Source of the DNA: Planctomycetota bacterium
GTDB lineage: Bacteria; Planctomycetota; UBA1135; GCA-002686595
Assembly: GCA_034440255.1 (NCBI GenBank)
Contig: JAWXBU010000245.1
Span: 1 to 45,336, forward strand
Direction of reading: 5' to 3'
Length of the DNA stretch: 45,336 nucleotides
Shown here: piece by piece, positions 1 through 8,834 of the stretch
Numbering within the stretch: position 1 is the stretch's first letter
Layout: each line of letters begins with the position of its first letter
The notes under the pieces: model-generated
What the model saw: the letters and a program-made list of their open reading frames with translations, nothing else
The model's database searches: none
What the model was told of the DNA's origin: nothing
Program-made: the position numbers and the translations under genes

Positions 1-456
1 GAGCGCGAAATCCGTCAACTGTCGGGCTTCACCACCGTCGATCGGCATCGTCCACAACTGCGCTGTCCCGCTGCGATTGCTCGTGAAGACGATCGTCTTG
101 CCGTCCGGTGCGAAGGTCGGCGACGCGTCGGCTTTCTTCGACGAAGTCAGCGCGCGCGCACTCGATCCGTCGATGTTCGCGAGCCAGATCTCGCTCTTCG
201 ACGTGCCCGCCTCGAGATCCTGCCGCTTGAGCGTGAACACCATCTTCGTGCCGTCGGGCGACAACGCGGGCGCGCCCACACCGGTCGCGCGGAAGAAGTC
301 CTTGATCTCCATGGCTCGCTTCGCGGATTGCACTGGGCTGTCCGGCGCGACGCCTGCCCCGCTGAGTGTCGGCGTCGTCACGGAGTTCAGCGGAGCGTGG
401 CTCGCACAACCAGCGACGAACGCGGCGAGGACGAGAACGACGGAGAAACGTGTCAT
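1..456 (-). CDS. PD40 (WD40-like beta-propeller, TolB-like) repeat lipoprotein. The N-terminus is at 456 and the gene runs off the left edge of the window (partial).
   Basis: Manual minus-strand translation from ATG at 456..454: MTRFSVVLVLAAFVAGCASHAPLN... (lipoprotein-type signal peptide with LAAFVAGC lipobox). Repeated '[S]PDG(T)K(M/I)VF' and 'FAPDGKTIVF...QLW' motifs typical of PD40 repeats. Not present as a complete ORF in the track because it is truncated by the window edge. Confidence 0.55.
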   Translation of the reverse strand, partial: MTRFSVVLVLAAFVAGCASHAPLNSVTTPTLSGAGVAPDSPVQSAKRAMEIKDFFRATGVGAPALSPDGTKMVFTLKRQDLEAGTSKSEIWLANIDGSSARALTSSKKADASPTFAPDGKTIVFTSNRSGTAQLWTMPIDGGEARQLTDFAL

Positions 457-571
457 GGGGGTACGAGCGGGGGGTCGAAGGCACGTCGCGATCGGCACCG
501 GCGCCGACACGCGGAGCGCAGAGGATAGAGTCGCGCGGTCGGCGCGCCAGCACGACGTCCGCTGAACCGCG

Positions 572-1147
572 TTGTCGACGCTAGACTGGGAACCCGTGAA
601 CTCCCCCCCCGCGAGTGATTCCGGCGCGAGTGGCGAGCGACCGCTCCTCCCCGACGTCTACCAGCATCTGCACGCCATCGCTCGCGCACGCATGGTCGAG
701 GAACGCGCTGGGCACACTTTGCAGGCGACGGCGCTCGTCCACGAAGCCTGGCTGCGCCTGTCGAAGCGCGAAGGCGGTGTCGACGGGATCCCCGATGCCA
801 GTTTCTACGAAGCCGCGGCCATCGCGATGCGGCGCATTCTGATCGAGCACGCGCGCTCGAAGGGTCGTCTGAAACGCGGCGGCGACCGCGAGCGCACACC
901 GATCGACGTCGTAGACCTCGCTGCCGAGCACGATCCCGACGAAATCTTGGCAGTCGAGGACGCCGTTCGACGCCTGGAGGCGGAGGACCCCGATGCCGCA
1001 CGTGTCGTCAATCTGCGTTTCTTCGCCGGGCTCGATGTCGCCGAGACGGCTCGTGCGCTCGGCATCTCGGAGCGCACGGTCGCACGCGAGTGGGAATACG
1101 CACGTGCTTGGCTCTACCGCGTCTTGCACGACGCACACACCGATTGA
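572..1147 (+). CDS. ECF-type RNA polymerase sigma factor (Sig70_X6 / TIGR02999-like, kinase-associated subgroup)
   Basis: 191 aa. Region-2-like 'GHTLQATALVHEAWLRL'. C-terminal region-4 HTH 'VVNLRFFAGLDVAETARALGISERTVAREWEYARAWL'. Lies immediately upstream (9-nt gap) of the Ser/Thr kinase, the arrangement typical of this sigma subgroup. Confidence 0.8.
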   Translation: MSTLDWEPVNSPPASDSGASGERPLLPDVYQHLHAIARARMVEERAGHTLQATALVHEAWLRLSKREGGVDGIPDASFYEAAAIAMRRILIEHARSKGRLKRGGDRERTPIDVVDLAAEHDPDEILAVEDAVRRLEAEDPDAARVVNLRFFAGLDVAETARALGISERTVAREWEYARAWLYRVLHDAHTD

Positions 1148-1156
1148 CATCTCGCG

Positions 1157-4100
1157 ATGAACCAACTGCTACGTCGGCGTGCCAAGGCGATCTTCCACGA
1201 AGCGCTCGATCGACCGCCGACGGAACGGCGCGCCTTCGTGCGCGAAACGACGCGTGACGAGCGCGAGCTCGAGACGGTCGTGCTCGAACTCTTGGCCGCG
1301 CACGACGGCGCCGGTGATTTCTTGGGTTCGCCGACGTTGGGTGAACCGCGCATGACCCAACTGGCCGGCGAAGAACACGTCGGCCTCGCGATCGGGCACT
1401 ACGTGCTCTGCGAGCGCATCGGCGAAGGTGGTTTCGGCGTGGTGTGGCGCGCCGAGCAGAAATTCCCTGTGCGCCGCGAGGTCGCGCTGAAGGTGATCAA
1501 GCTCGGCATGGACACGAAGGCGGTCGTCGCGCGCTTCGAGGCCGAACGTCAAGCGCTCGCGCTGATGGATCACCCGAGCATCGCGCGCGTGTTCGACGGT
1601 GGTGCGACGGCGCAGGGCCGACCGTTCTTCGTGATGGAACTCGTCCGCGGTGTTCCGATCACGAACTACTGCGACGAGCACTTGCTCTCGACCCGCCAGC
1701 GTCTCGCGATTTTCACGACCGTGTGTCGTGCGGTGCAGCACGCGCACCAAAAAGGCGTCATCCACCGCGATATCAAGCCCGGCAACGTGCTCGTCGTCGA
1801 CGAAGATCTGCGCCCCGTGCCGAAGGTGATCGACTTCGGCATCGCCAAAGCCACGAGCGCGCGACTCTCGGAGCGTACGTTCGTCACCGAAGCACGCCAA
1901 TTCATCGGCACGCCCGAATACATGGCTCCCGAGCAGACGTCGTTGTCGGGCATCGACATCGATACGCGCGCGGACGTCTATTCGCTGGGCGTGTTGCTCT
2001 ACGAACTCCTGTCCGGTGAAAAGCCTTTCCGGTTCGATCGATTGCGCGAGGATTCGTGGGACGAAGTCGTGCGCACGATTCGCGAAGTCGAACCCGAGCG
2101 CCCGAGCGCGCGCGTGTCGACCATCGCTGGCGAGGAGCGCACGACGCTCGCGAAGGAACACGCGACGCGCGATCTCGCGCGCCTGCTCTCCGGCGATCTC
2201 GATTGGATAGTGATGAAGGCGCTCGAGAAGGATCGCGAGCGTCGCTACGACACGGCGCTCGCCCTCGCGGAGGACGTCGAGCGCCATCTGGAGAACCTGC
2301 CGGTGCTCGCGAGGCCGCCGAGTCGAACCTACCGCTTCGCGAAGCTCGTGCGCCGCAATCGCCTCGCTTTCGCTGCCGCAGGTGTCGTGTTCATCGCACT
2401 CGTCGCCGGTATCGGAGCGGCGTCCTACGGCCTCGTCGAAGCGCGGGAACAACGCGAAATCGCGCAAAAAGAAGCCCGCTCAGCGACGGCGCGACTGCAA
2501 TCCCGCAATCGTGTCACGCAGTTCCTCTCCGATATGTTGAAGGGCGCGGGGCCGTCGGTCGCGATGGGTCGAGACGCCACGATCCTGCGCGAGATCTTGC
2601 AGAACACGAAGGGCCGGCTCGACGTCGAACTCTCCGGCGAAAGCGAAGTGCGCGCCTCGCTCCTCGACATCATGGGGCGCGTGCACGTCGAACTCGGCGA
2701 CATCGACGAAGCCGTGCGCATGCACACGGAGAGCTTGCGACTGTGGCGCGCGATTTCTCCCGAGCCCGGCGTCGACGTCGCCGTCGGAGAAAACAATCTC
2801 GCGGCAGCGCTACTCGCGCGCAGTCACCTGGACGAGGCCGAAATCCACGCGCGCGAGGCTTTCCGCATCGCTGGACACGTCACGCAGCAAGACGAACCGG
2901 TGGCCTACCAGATTCGGAATACCCTCGGACTGATCCTGTTGGGACAAGGTCGCGCGGTCGAGGCCGAAGAAATGCTGCGCTCGGCGATGCAACTCGAGCA
3001 CGATTCCGCGCACCTCGTCGTCTCGAAGGATTTCGACGCACGCGTGAACTTCGCGGAACTCTTGCGGCGGCGCGGTCGAGCCACCGAGGCCGAAGCGATG
3101 CTCGCGGAGTTGGTTTCAGAATCGCGCGACGGAACTGAACATCCGCGCACACTACTCATGCGGAGCAATCGCGCCGCCGTGCTGCTCGACCTCGGTCGCT
3201 ACGAAGAAGCCCGTGCGGAATGCGACGTGCTCTTGACCTTGCTGAAGAAAGTCGACGGACCGCGCAGCGTCGGTGTCGCGAGCACGCTGTTGAACATGGC
3301 GAAGGCTAGAAAACATCTCGGCGACGTGTCCGGTGCGCTCGCGGACTTCGACGAAGCGATCGCTGTATTCAGGGAGAACGGTCCCCGCGACTGGGATGCG
3401 ATCGCGCGAGCCCTGTGCAGGCGCGGACGACTCTTGATGCAGATGGATCGAACCGACGCTGCCGAAGGCTCGCTGGAAGAGGGCGTTGCGATGTACGAAC
3501 GCCTGGCCGGCCCTGCGAATTCCGATTGGGCCGGCGGTCTATCCGACCGTTCGGAGTTACGCATGTTCGCCAAGGATTTCGCTGGCGCTGACGGCGATCT
3601 GAAGCGCGCGCTCGAAATCGCGACGGACGAAGATGCACGCTCCCACCTCGTCGCCGAGATCCTCGGCCAGCAAGGCGGACAGTATCTGAATCAGGGCCGT
3701 TTCGCTGAATCGGCGCTGGCGGTAGAGCGCGCCGTCACTCTCTCGCGCGAGATTCCGTCGGTCCCTCCGGCAGAGCTGGCGACGATGATCAGCAATCTCG
3801 CGATCGCGCGCTTTCGAGCCGGCGACTCGCTCGCCGCGGAAACGGCCGCGCGAGAAGCGTTCGAGATGCGCGAGCGACTCGGCGTGGGTGCGCCCGAGCG
3901 TTCGCTGACGGCTTTCTGGCGCAGCCGGATCTTGAGCGAACTCGGTCGCTACGACGAGGCGAAGGAGTGCCTCGAAAAGTCGCTGGTACTGGACTTGGAA
4001 GCGGCGGGAACGGACGAGCAATTCCGCTCACGTGCTTTGCGCACGGCCGCGCTCATCGCCTTGCGCGCGCGAGCTTTCGATTGGACGCTCGCGCGCTTGC

Positions 4101-4732
4101 GCGAGGCGCGAGCACTGGACGTCGATTCGTCACGACGCACTCTCGAACGCTTCGGTCAGGAAGTTTCGACTGCGAGCGCCTTCGAGACGATCGCCGGATC
4201 GCCCGAGAACACGATTTCCGATCTGCGCGAGTGCGTCACGATCGCCGAACTCAATGCCAAGGATCCCGCCACAGCGGTCAGCTTCCGCTTCCTCTTGGCT
4301 GCGCAACTCGTCGATGTCGCCGGTGTGAAGCACGATCTCGCGGCGGCTCGCGAAGCGCTGGATCTCGCGCTGACCGTGCGCAGTGCACGCGAACAATCGC
4401 TCTCCGCCGGTGATTGGCGCTTGCGCTATGCGCGGTGCATCGCCGCTGCAGCGGACGCGGAGGTCGCGCGCAACGATCCGAGCGTGGCTGAGGCGGAGCG
4501 TCGGACGCGACTCGAATCTGCGGCCGCGGTGTTGGAGAAAGAGCTGCCCAGCCTGCTCGCCGTCGACGGAATACCGCAGCCTGTGCTGAGCTTGCGCGCA
4601 CCGACGGCGACGGCGGCATGTGCGCGCATCCACGAAACGCTCGCGACTCTGGTTACGGACGGCAAGCACGCAGCGGCGGCGAAACGCTGGCAAGCAGCGA
4701 CCTTGGAAGTGCGCACGCGACCTCAGAACTGA
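1157..4732 (+). CDS. Membrane Ser/Thr protein kinase: conserved N-terminal motif, Hanks kinase domain, one TM helix and a long TPR-like repeat region
   Basis: 1191 aa. N-terminal 'LDRPPTERRAFVRETTRDERELETVVLELLAAHD' motif common to Planctomycete/Myxobacterial kinases. Kinase motifs GEGGFGVVWRA, VALK, HRDIKPGNVLV, DFGIAK and GTPEYMAPE. TM segment LAFAAAGVVFIALVAGIGAASYGLV, followed by ~770 aa of TPR-like helical repeats. Confidence 0.85.
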   Translation: MNQLLRRRAKAIFHEALDRPPTERRAFVRETTRDERELETVVLELLAAHDGAGDFLGSPTLGEPRMTQLAGEEHVGLAIGHYVLCERIGEGGFGVVWRAEQKFPVRREVALKVIKLGMDTKAVVARFEAERQALALMDHPSIARVFDGGATAQGRPFFVMELVRGVPITNYCDEHLLSTRQRLAIFTTVCRAVQHAHQKGVIHRDIKPGNVLVVDEDLRPVPKVIDFGIAKATSARLSERTFVTEARQFIGTPEYMAPEQTSLSGIDIDTRADVYSLGVLLYELLSGEKPFRFDRLREDSWDEVVRTIREVEPERPSARVSTIAGEERTTLAKEHATRDLARLLSGDLDWIVMKALEKDRERRYDTALALAEDVERHLENLPVLARPPSRTYRFAKLVRRNRLAFAAAGVVFIALVAGIGAASYGLVEAREQREIAQKEARSATARLQSRNRVTQFLSDMLKGAGPSVAMGRDATILREILQNTKGRLDVELSGESEVRASLLDIMGRVHVELGDIDEAVRMHTESLRLWRAISPEPGVDVAVGENNLAAALLARSHLDEAEIHAREAFRIAGHVTQQDEPVAYQIRNTLGLILLGQGRAVEAEEMLRSAMQLEHDSAHLVVSKDFDARVNFAELLRRRGRATEAEAMLAELVSESRDGTEHPRTLLMRSNRAAVLLDLGRYEEARAECDVLLTLLKKVDGPRSVGVASTLLNMAKARKHLGDVSGALADFDEAIAVFRENGPRDWDAIARALCRRGRLLMQMDRTDAAEGSLEEGVAMYERLAGPANSDWAGGLSDRSELRMFAKDFAGADGDLKRALEIATDEDARSHLVAEILGQQGGQYLNQGRFAESALAVERAVTLSREIPSVPPAELATMISNLAIARFRAGDSLAAETAAREAFEMRERLGVGAPERSLTAFWRSRILSELGRYDEAKECLEKSLVLDLEAAGTDEQFRSRALRTAALIALRARAFDWTLARLREARALDVDSSRRTLERFGQEVSTASAFETIAGSPENTISDLRECVTIAELNAKDPATAVSFRFLLAAQLVDVAGVKHDLAAAREALDLALTVRSAREQSLSAGDWRLRYARCIAAAADAEVARNDPSVAEAERRTRLESAAAVLEKELPSLLAVDGIPQPVLSLRAPTATAACARIHETLATLVTDGKHAAAAKRWQAATLEVRTRPQN

Positions 4733-4800
4733 CGGGCGTGCGAGCCGGCATCAGCGAAGTCCCGACGAAACCGCGCCGCGCTTTCGAGCCGTCGTTCGAT

Positions 4801-5295
4801 TCAGATTTTGCGACGCGAACGCACTTCGCTGCGCTTCACGAGACGTAAATCGATGTCGAGCGCGACCGGCTTTCCGATCGCAAGACGTGTCACGTCCGCG
4901 TGACGCGGATTCAAGAGCAGGATGCGCTCCTCGGGAACGATCACGCTCGGAACGGACAAGAGCAGGGATTCCCCCTTCTTGCAAAACGCGTCGCCGATCG
5001 CGCGGCTCGCACGGCCTGACACAGGAGCGTTCCAACCGGGCGCGAGTTTTTTCGTCGGGAACTCGCGCACAGCTTCGTCGGCGTAGTCGACGCGGATCAT
5101 GACGTATCTCGATTGCAGACAATCTTCGTCACCGAGGTGCACGAGGATTTCGAGCAACGCGAGCGCACGACTGGTCGCCAGGTACACCATCGGCACGCCC
5201 ACTGAATTCCAGCGGCCGCCGAATAGCCGCGCGCCTTCGCCATCGAAGGCTTTGGCCGCGTGCTTCTGCTTGACGATACGCCAGGCGCTCTTCAC
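4801..5295 (-). CDS. RES-domain toxin of a RES-Xre type II toxin-antitoxin pair
   Basis: 164 aa. 'GEGARLFGGRWNSVGVPMVYLATSRALALLEILVH' matches the RES family N-terminal core, with conserved R...E...S positions. Begins 7 nt downstream of the antitoxin stop. Confidence 0.75.
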   Translation of the reverse strand: MKSAWRIVKQKHAAKAFDGEGARLFGGRWNSVGVPMVYLATSRALALLEILVHLGDEDCLQSRYVMIRVDYADEAVREFPTKKLAPGWNAPVSGRASRAIGDAFCKKGESLLLSVPSVIVPEERILLLNPRHADVTRLAIGKPVALDIDLRLVKRSEVRSRRKI

Positions 5296-5302
5296 CGCGC
5301 GC

Positions 5303-5737
5303 TCAGCCGATGACGCCGTGTTCGAGTCGACCGATCAGCGCTTCGACCTCGCGTGCACCGACGTCGGTCGACGCGAGTGCGAGCGGACTCATGTCTCCGA
5401 GCGCGCGATGCGGCGCGTGAAACCACTTGCGCGCTGCATCGGTGTCGCCTTCGAAGAGCGCGAGCGTCGCTTTGAAGAGGCGGGCCGCGCGGAGCACGCG
5501 ATCGGACTCGTGGCTGTCGAGTCGCCCTTCCTTCTTGCGCCGTGCCAACGTGCGCATCGGCACGGCGACGCACGCCGACACTTCTTCGAGCGTGAGCCCG
5601 ACCCAACCGCGCAGCCGCTCGACCGTTTCGTACGCGAAGCCTTCCGCGACGACGTTGTGCTGCAACAAACTAGGCATCTCGAGCACGTACTCGAGACCGG
5701 ATCGCCCCCGCGTCCCACGATTCGGAGTCGTTGCCAT
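5303..5737 (-). CDS. Xre-like antitoxin with DUF2384 domain (MbcA/ParS-type partner of the RES toxin)
   Basis: 144 aa. C-terminal 'AARLFKATLALFEGDTDAARKWFHAPHRALGDMSPLALASTDVGAREVEALIGRLEHGV' matches the DUF2384 consensus. Sits upstream of and co-oriented with the RES gene. Confidence 0.7.
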   Translation of the reverse strand: MATTPNRGTRGRSGLEYVLEMPSLLQHNVVAEGFAYETVERLRGWVGLTLEEVSACVAVPMRTLARRKKEGRLDSHESDRVLRAARLFKATLALFEGDTDAARKWFHAPHRALGDMSPLALASTDVGAREVEALIGRLEHGVIG

Positions 5738-5878
5738 ATGGCAGAATTATCGACGCCGTTTGGCTGGGAGTCAAGCCTTTCCGCAACGCGGCCGTGGGGA
5801 CACGTCGAACGCCCGCAGGAGTCGACACCCAAAAAAAAGGAACGCGCCCCGACCGTTTCGGCCGGAGCGCGCTTGGAA

Positions 5879-5956
5879 TGGTGACCCCAAGGGGATTTGA
5901 ACCCCTGTCGCCAGGATGAAAACCTGGTGTCCTAGGCCTGGCTAGACGATGGGGCC
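5879..5956 (-). tRNA. tRNA-Glu (anticodon UUC)
   Basis: Reverse complement GGCCCCATCGTCTAGCCAGGCCTAGGACACCAGGTTTTCATCCTGGCGACAGGGGTTCAAATCCCCTTGGGGTCACCA. 7-bp acceptor stem (one G-U pair), anticodon loop TTTTCAT (anticodon TTC), T-loop GGTTCAAATCC, encoded CCA. Confidence 0.85.
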
Positions 5957-6050
5957 GCCGTGTGCGGACTCGAGTGGGCCAGGCACCCGTTCGAGGGGGG
6001 AAAAGGTAGGAAGGGCCGCGCGGGCTGTCAACGGATCGGGCGTCGGAATT

Positions 6051-7331
6051 TCAGTCGGCGCGACGCCACCCGGCGGTCTCGAGGAGTCCGATCACGTGCC
6101 TGTATTCGCGCTCCAAGCCGTCGACGAGCTCCCCGCCGCCCCGCGCCCGACCGGGCAGGATGTCCCACGTGTAGGTTTCGATCTCGACGTGCAGGTCGCG
6201 CGTTCCCCACAGCGTCGGACTCGCGAGGGCGTCGGTGAGCAGCCGGTCGGCGTACGCACGCGTCGTCGTCAAGCCGCCCCCCATGCTCGCGAGATCGACG
6301 GGAACGTGGAAGTGACAGACGAGACGATCGCACCCGAGCCACGCGGCGCGTTCGTCGGTGTCGAGGCGAGCGCCGAGCTCGGGCAGATCGGTCGCGCGCA
6401 TCGGTCGCACTCCATGACCGGTGACTTGGTGCAGATAGCGCGGCTCGGCCAGCGCGAGCAGCGCCACCAAACCGGCCTTGTTCTCGGCCGGCTTCTCGAC
6501 GACGAGCGCGTTCGAGTACTGGATCTTGCCGAGCGTGAAACCCGTGAGCGTCGCGAGCGGATCGACGTCCCCCTCGACCGCGGCGTGACACCCGTCGAGA
6601 CAGTGACCGAGATGGGCTCGCAGGAGTGCCTGCGCATGAGCCGCGTCGCGATTGCATTCGTCCTCGAGAATGACCGCGCCGAGTTCGAACGCCTTGCCCA
6701 GAAAAGCGGCCAGTTCCGCGCTGCTTCCGGCGCTCGCGCGCGGTTCCGGCTCGACCGCGAGCACGATGTGCACGCCGGTTTCCTCCTCGATGCGCGCCAA
6801 CGCGTCGACAGCGCGCGCGAATTGGTGTGCGCATTCGTCGAGGTCTCGCGGCGACTTCACGTTCCGACCGAACATCCCTGAGTGCGTGCTGATCGACACG
6901 TGCGCACCCTTTTCGACGCGCTTCGTTTCGTGCGCGATCCGTGCGGCCGTCTCCGCCACGTGGATGGTGAAGGCGAGGCGTTCGTCTTCGCGCCACGTCG
7001 GCTCGAACACGCGCTCCTTCAGGCCGTCCTCGTGAAAGTGCGCGTGCGGAAACGCGTTGTAGGTGAATGCGTGCAAGCTGTTCAGCGCGAGAAAACGCGC
7101 CAGCTCGACCAAATCGTGTTCGTTGCGACCCGAGGCCAACGCCTTGGCGAAGGCGCCGCACAGATACAGGCCGACGCCAAATCCGCTCCCCGCTCCGAGC
7201 CGATCGCGCAACGGCAGCGTGATCGAGTTCATGCCGGCCAAGGTCTCGGCCAGATCGCCCGAAGGATGCAAATTCAGGCAGTACGCGAGTTCGACCGCGC
7301 GACCTGGGTGCTCGGCATGCAGAAATCTCAT
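6051..7331 (-). CDS. Xylose-isomerase-like TIM-barrel family protein (sugar-phosphate isomerase/epimerase-like; possibly EboE-like)
   Basis: 426 aa with ordinary amino-acid composition. 'AYCLNLHP', 'IHVAE' and 'LAVEPEP' are similar to TIM-barrel isomerase/epimerase motifs. The opposite-strand ORF 5949..6881 is Arg/Pro-rich and judged a shadow frame. The family assignment is tentative. Confidence 0.45.
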   Translation of the reverse strand: MRFLHAEHPGRAVELAYCLNLHPSGDLAETLAGMNSITLPLRDRLGAGSGFGVGLYLCGAFAKALASGRNEHDLVELARFLALNSLHAFTYNAFPHAHFHEDGLKERVFEPTWREDERLAFTIHVAETAARIAHETKRVEKGAHVSISTHSGMFGRNVKSPRDLDECAHQFARAVDALARIEEETGVHIVLAVEPEPRASAGSSAELAAFLGKAFELGAVILEDECNRDAAHAQALLRAHLGHCLDGCHAAVEGDVDPLATLTGFTLGKIQYSNALVVEKPAENKAGLVALLALAEPRYLHQVTGHGVRPMRATDLPELGARLDTDERAAWLGCDRLVCHFHVPVDLASMGGGLTTTRAYADRLLTDALASPTLWGTRDLHVEIETYTWDILPGRARGGGELVDGLEREYRHVIGLLETAGWRRAD

Positions 7332-7350
7332 GCGAACCTCCGTCCGATTC

Positions 7351-7629
7351 CTAGAGCAGAATGCTCTCGTCGACGAGCAAGATCGGAATGCGATCTTGGA
7401 TCGGGTACAGCACTTTGCCGTCCTTGCGCACGAGTCCGGCTTGAATCGGCGTCGCCACCGCGCGCCCGGCCTTCGTCTTCACTTCGCCACGAGCGATGCG
7501 CGCGTTGAGCGCTTTCAACACGCCGACCGACGCTTCCTCGAGCGCTTGCCGCGTCTCGGGGCACGCGAGCAGTTGCAGATAATCTTTGTCGATCACAGGG
7601 CTGACAGGATGGCTGAGGCGCGCCTCCAT
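7351..7629 (-). CDS. Trm112/YcaR-like (UPF0434) small protein
   Basis: 'DYLQLLACPETRQAL...' and C-terminal 'YPIQDRIPILLVDESILL' parallel E. coli YcaR ('LLEIIACPVC...FPLRDGIPVLLETEARVL'). The Cys pair is not conserved. The true start may be the GTG at ~7596 (81 aa). Co-oriented and 19 nt upstream of the TIM-barrel gene. Confidence 0.55.
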   Translation of the reverse strand: MEARLSHPVSPVIDKDYLQLLACPETRQALEEASVGVLKALNARIARGEVKTKAGRAVATPIQAGLVRKDGKVLYPIQDRIPILLVDESILL

Positions 7630-7675
7630 CTCAAGCGCTTGACAGCGGACGCTCCGGCGCGAACGCTAACCTACT

Positions 7676-8764
7676 GTGATGATCCAGTTCTCCGTACTCG
7701 CGGCGTGCCTCGCATTCCAAGCTGCGCCGCCTGCGAACGCGACGCCGCCCGCCGCGTTCGAATTCCCGCCGGGTGCGGTGTCCGACGCCGTGGCGCAGTT
7801 GACGCTGGCGACCATCCCGGCCGAAACACCGCAGGATTTGGGCCGAAAAACCCAGGTTCCGGCCCTTTCGAATCGCGCGTGGCAGAGCGCGGAGACGTGG
7901 AGTCACTGGAGCGCACTCGTCGAGCTCGAGGGCCAGTCGGTGCACCCCGATCCCGAGCGACGCGCGCGCCTCGCACTCCTCGCCGGCGCTCAAGGTCGTG
8001 CCGAGGACGCGTGGCAACACACGTCTCAGATCTCGGATCCGCGTTGGCTCGCCGCGATCTTGCCGGTGTTCTTGCCCGGCGTGCCGGCGGAAAGCGCGAT
8101 CGGATCGGGCGGCGCAGGCGGGGCTCTCGCGGACGGAGTGGTGCTCAGCCCAAGTCTTCCCCCGTCGTCGCAAGTCGCGCGCACGGACGGTCGCGTCGAT
8201 CGCCGCGCCATGAGCGTGCGCTCCTTCCAAGTCGGCCGCGCGTTCGTGTCGATGCGCGTCTCCGTCGAAGCCGAAGGCGTGCAGATCGACGTCAAACATC
8301 TCTCCGGCGAGAGCGCCAAGCTCAGCGTCGTGATCCCGAGTTCCGCCGACTACGCCTTCGCCGACGAGTACGTCGACTGGTATCGACAGGACACGATGCG
8401 CGTGCCCCACGCGATCGAACTCGAACCGGGTGAGGCCGAGCACACGATCTACGGGCGCTTCGAACCCAGAGCGAAATTGGAGACGAGCGGCGTCCCGCGC
8501 GCGCTGCCCGGCTCGGTGCGCGAAGGCGGCGTCTGGTTCACGCTGCCGCTCGACGATCCCGATCGAGCCCTGCTCGTGAAGATCGCCGAGACGATCGATG
8601 CGCGCGGCTTCGGATTCCATCTTGGCGTGCGTGAAATCACGACGAAAACGCCGAGTTTCAGCGGCGTGACGTTCGCGCTGGACGACGTCGCGACGCGAGC
8701 CGAAAAACTGGCTTGGCTCGCGTCCGCGATCGAACGGTTCGTGCTCTCGCCCGCTCCTCGTTGA
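7676..8764 (+). CDS. Hypothetical secreted protein
   Basis: 362 aa. N-terminal signal peptide MMIQFSVLAACLAFQAAPPANA. Non-biased composition, in contrast to the overlapping Arg-rich frames. No recognisable domain. Confidence 0.45.
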   Translation: MMIQFSVLAACLAFQAAPPANATPPAAFEFPPGAVSDAVAQLTLATIPAETPQDLGRKTQVPALSNRAWQSAETWSHWSALVELEGQSVHPDPERRARLALLAGAQGRAEDAWQHTSQISDPRWLAAILPVFLPGVPAESAIGSGGAGGALADGVVLSPSLPPSSQVARTDGRVDRRAMSVRSFQVGRAFVSMRVSVEAEGVQIDVKHLSGESAKLSVVIPSSADYAFADEYVDWYRQDTMRVPHAIELEPGEAEHTIYGRFEPRAKLETSGVPRALPGSVREGGVWFTLPLDDPDRALLVKIAETIDARGFGFHLGVREITTKTPSFSGVTFALDDVATRAEKLAWLASAIERFVLSPAPR

Positions 8765-8834
8765 ATGCCGACGGCAGCGGCGGGTATTCTCCACGTCGTT
8801 CCACTCCCCCCTTTCCCGCCCTGGAACACCTTTG

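Noticed and set aside
5949-6881. 310-aa plus-strand ORF
   Set aside because: Pro/Arg/Gly-rich and antisense to the better-formed TIM-barrel gene 6051..7331.
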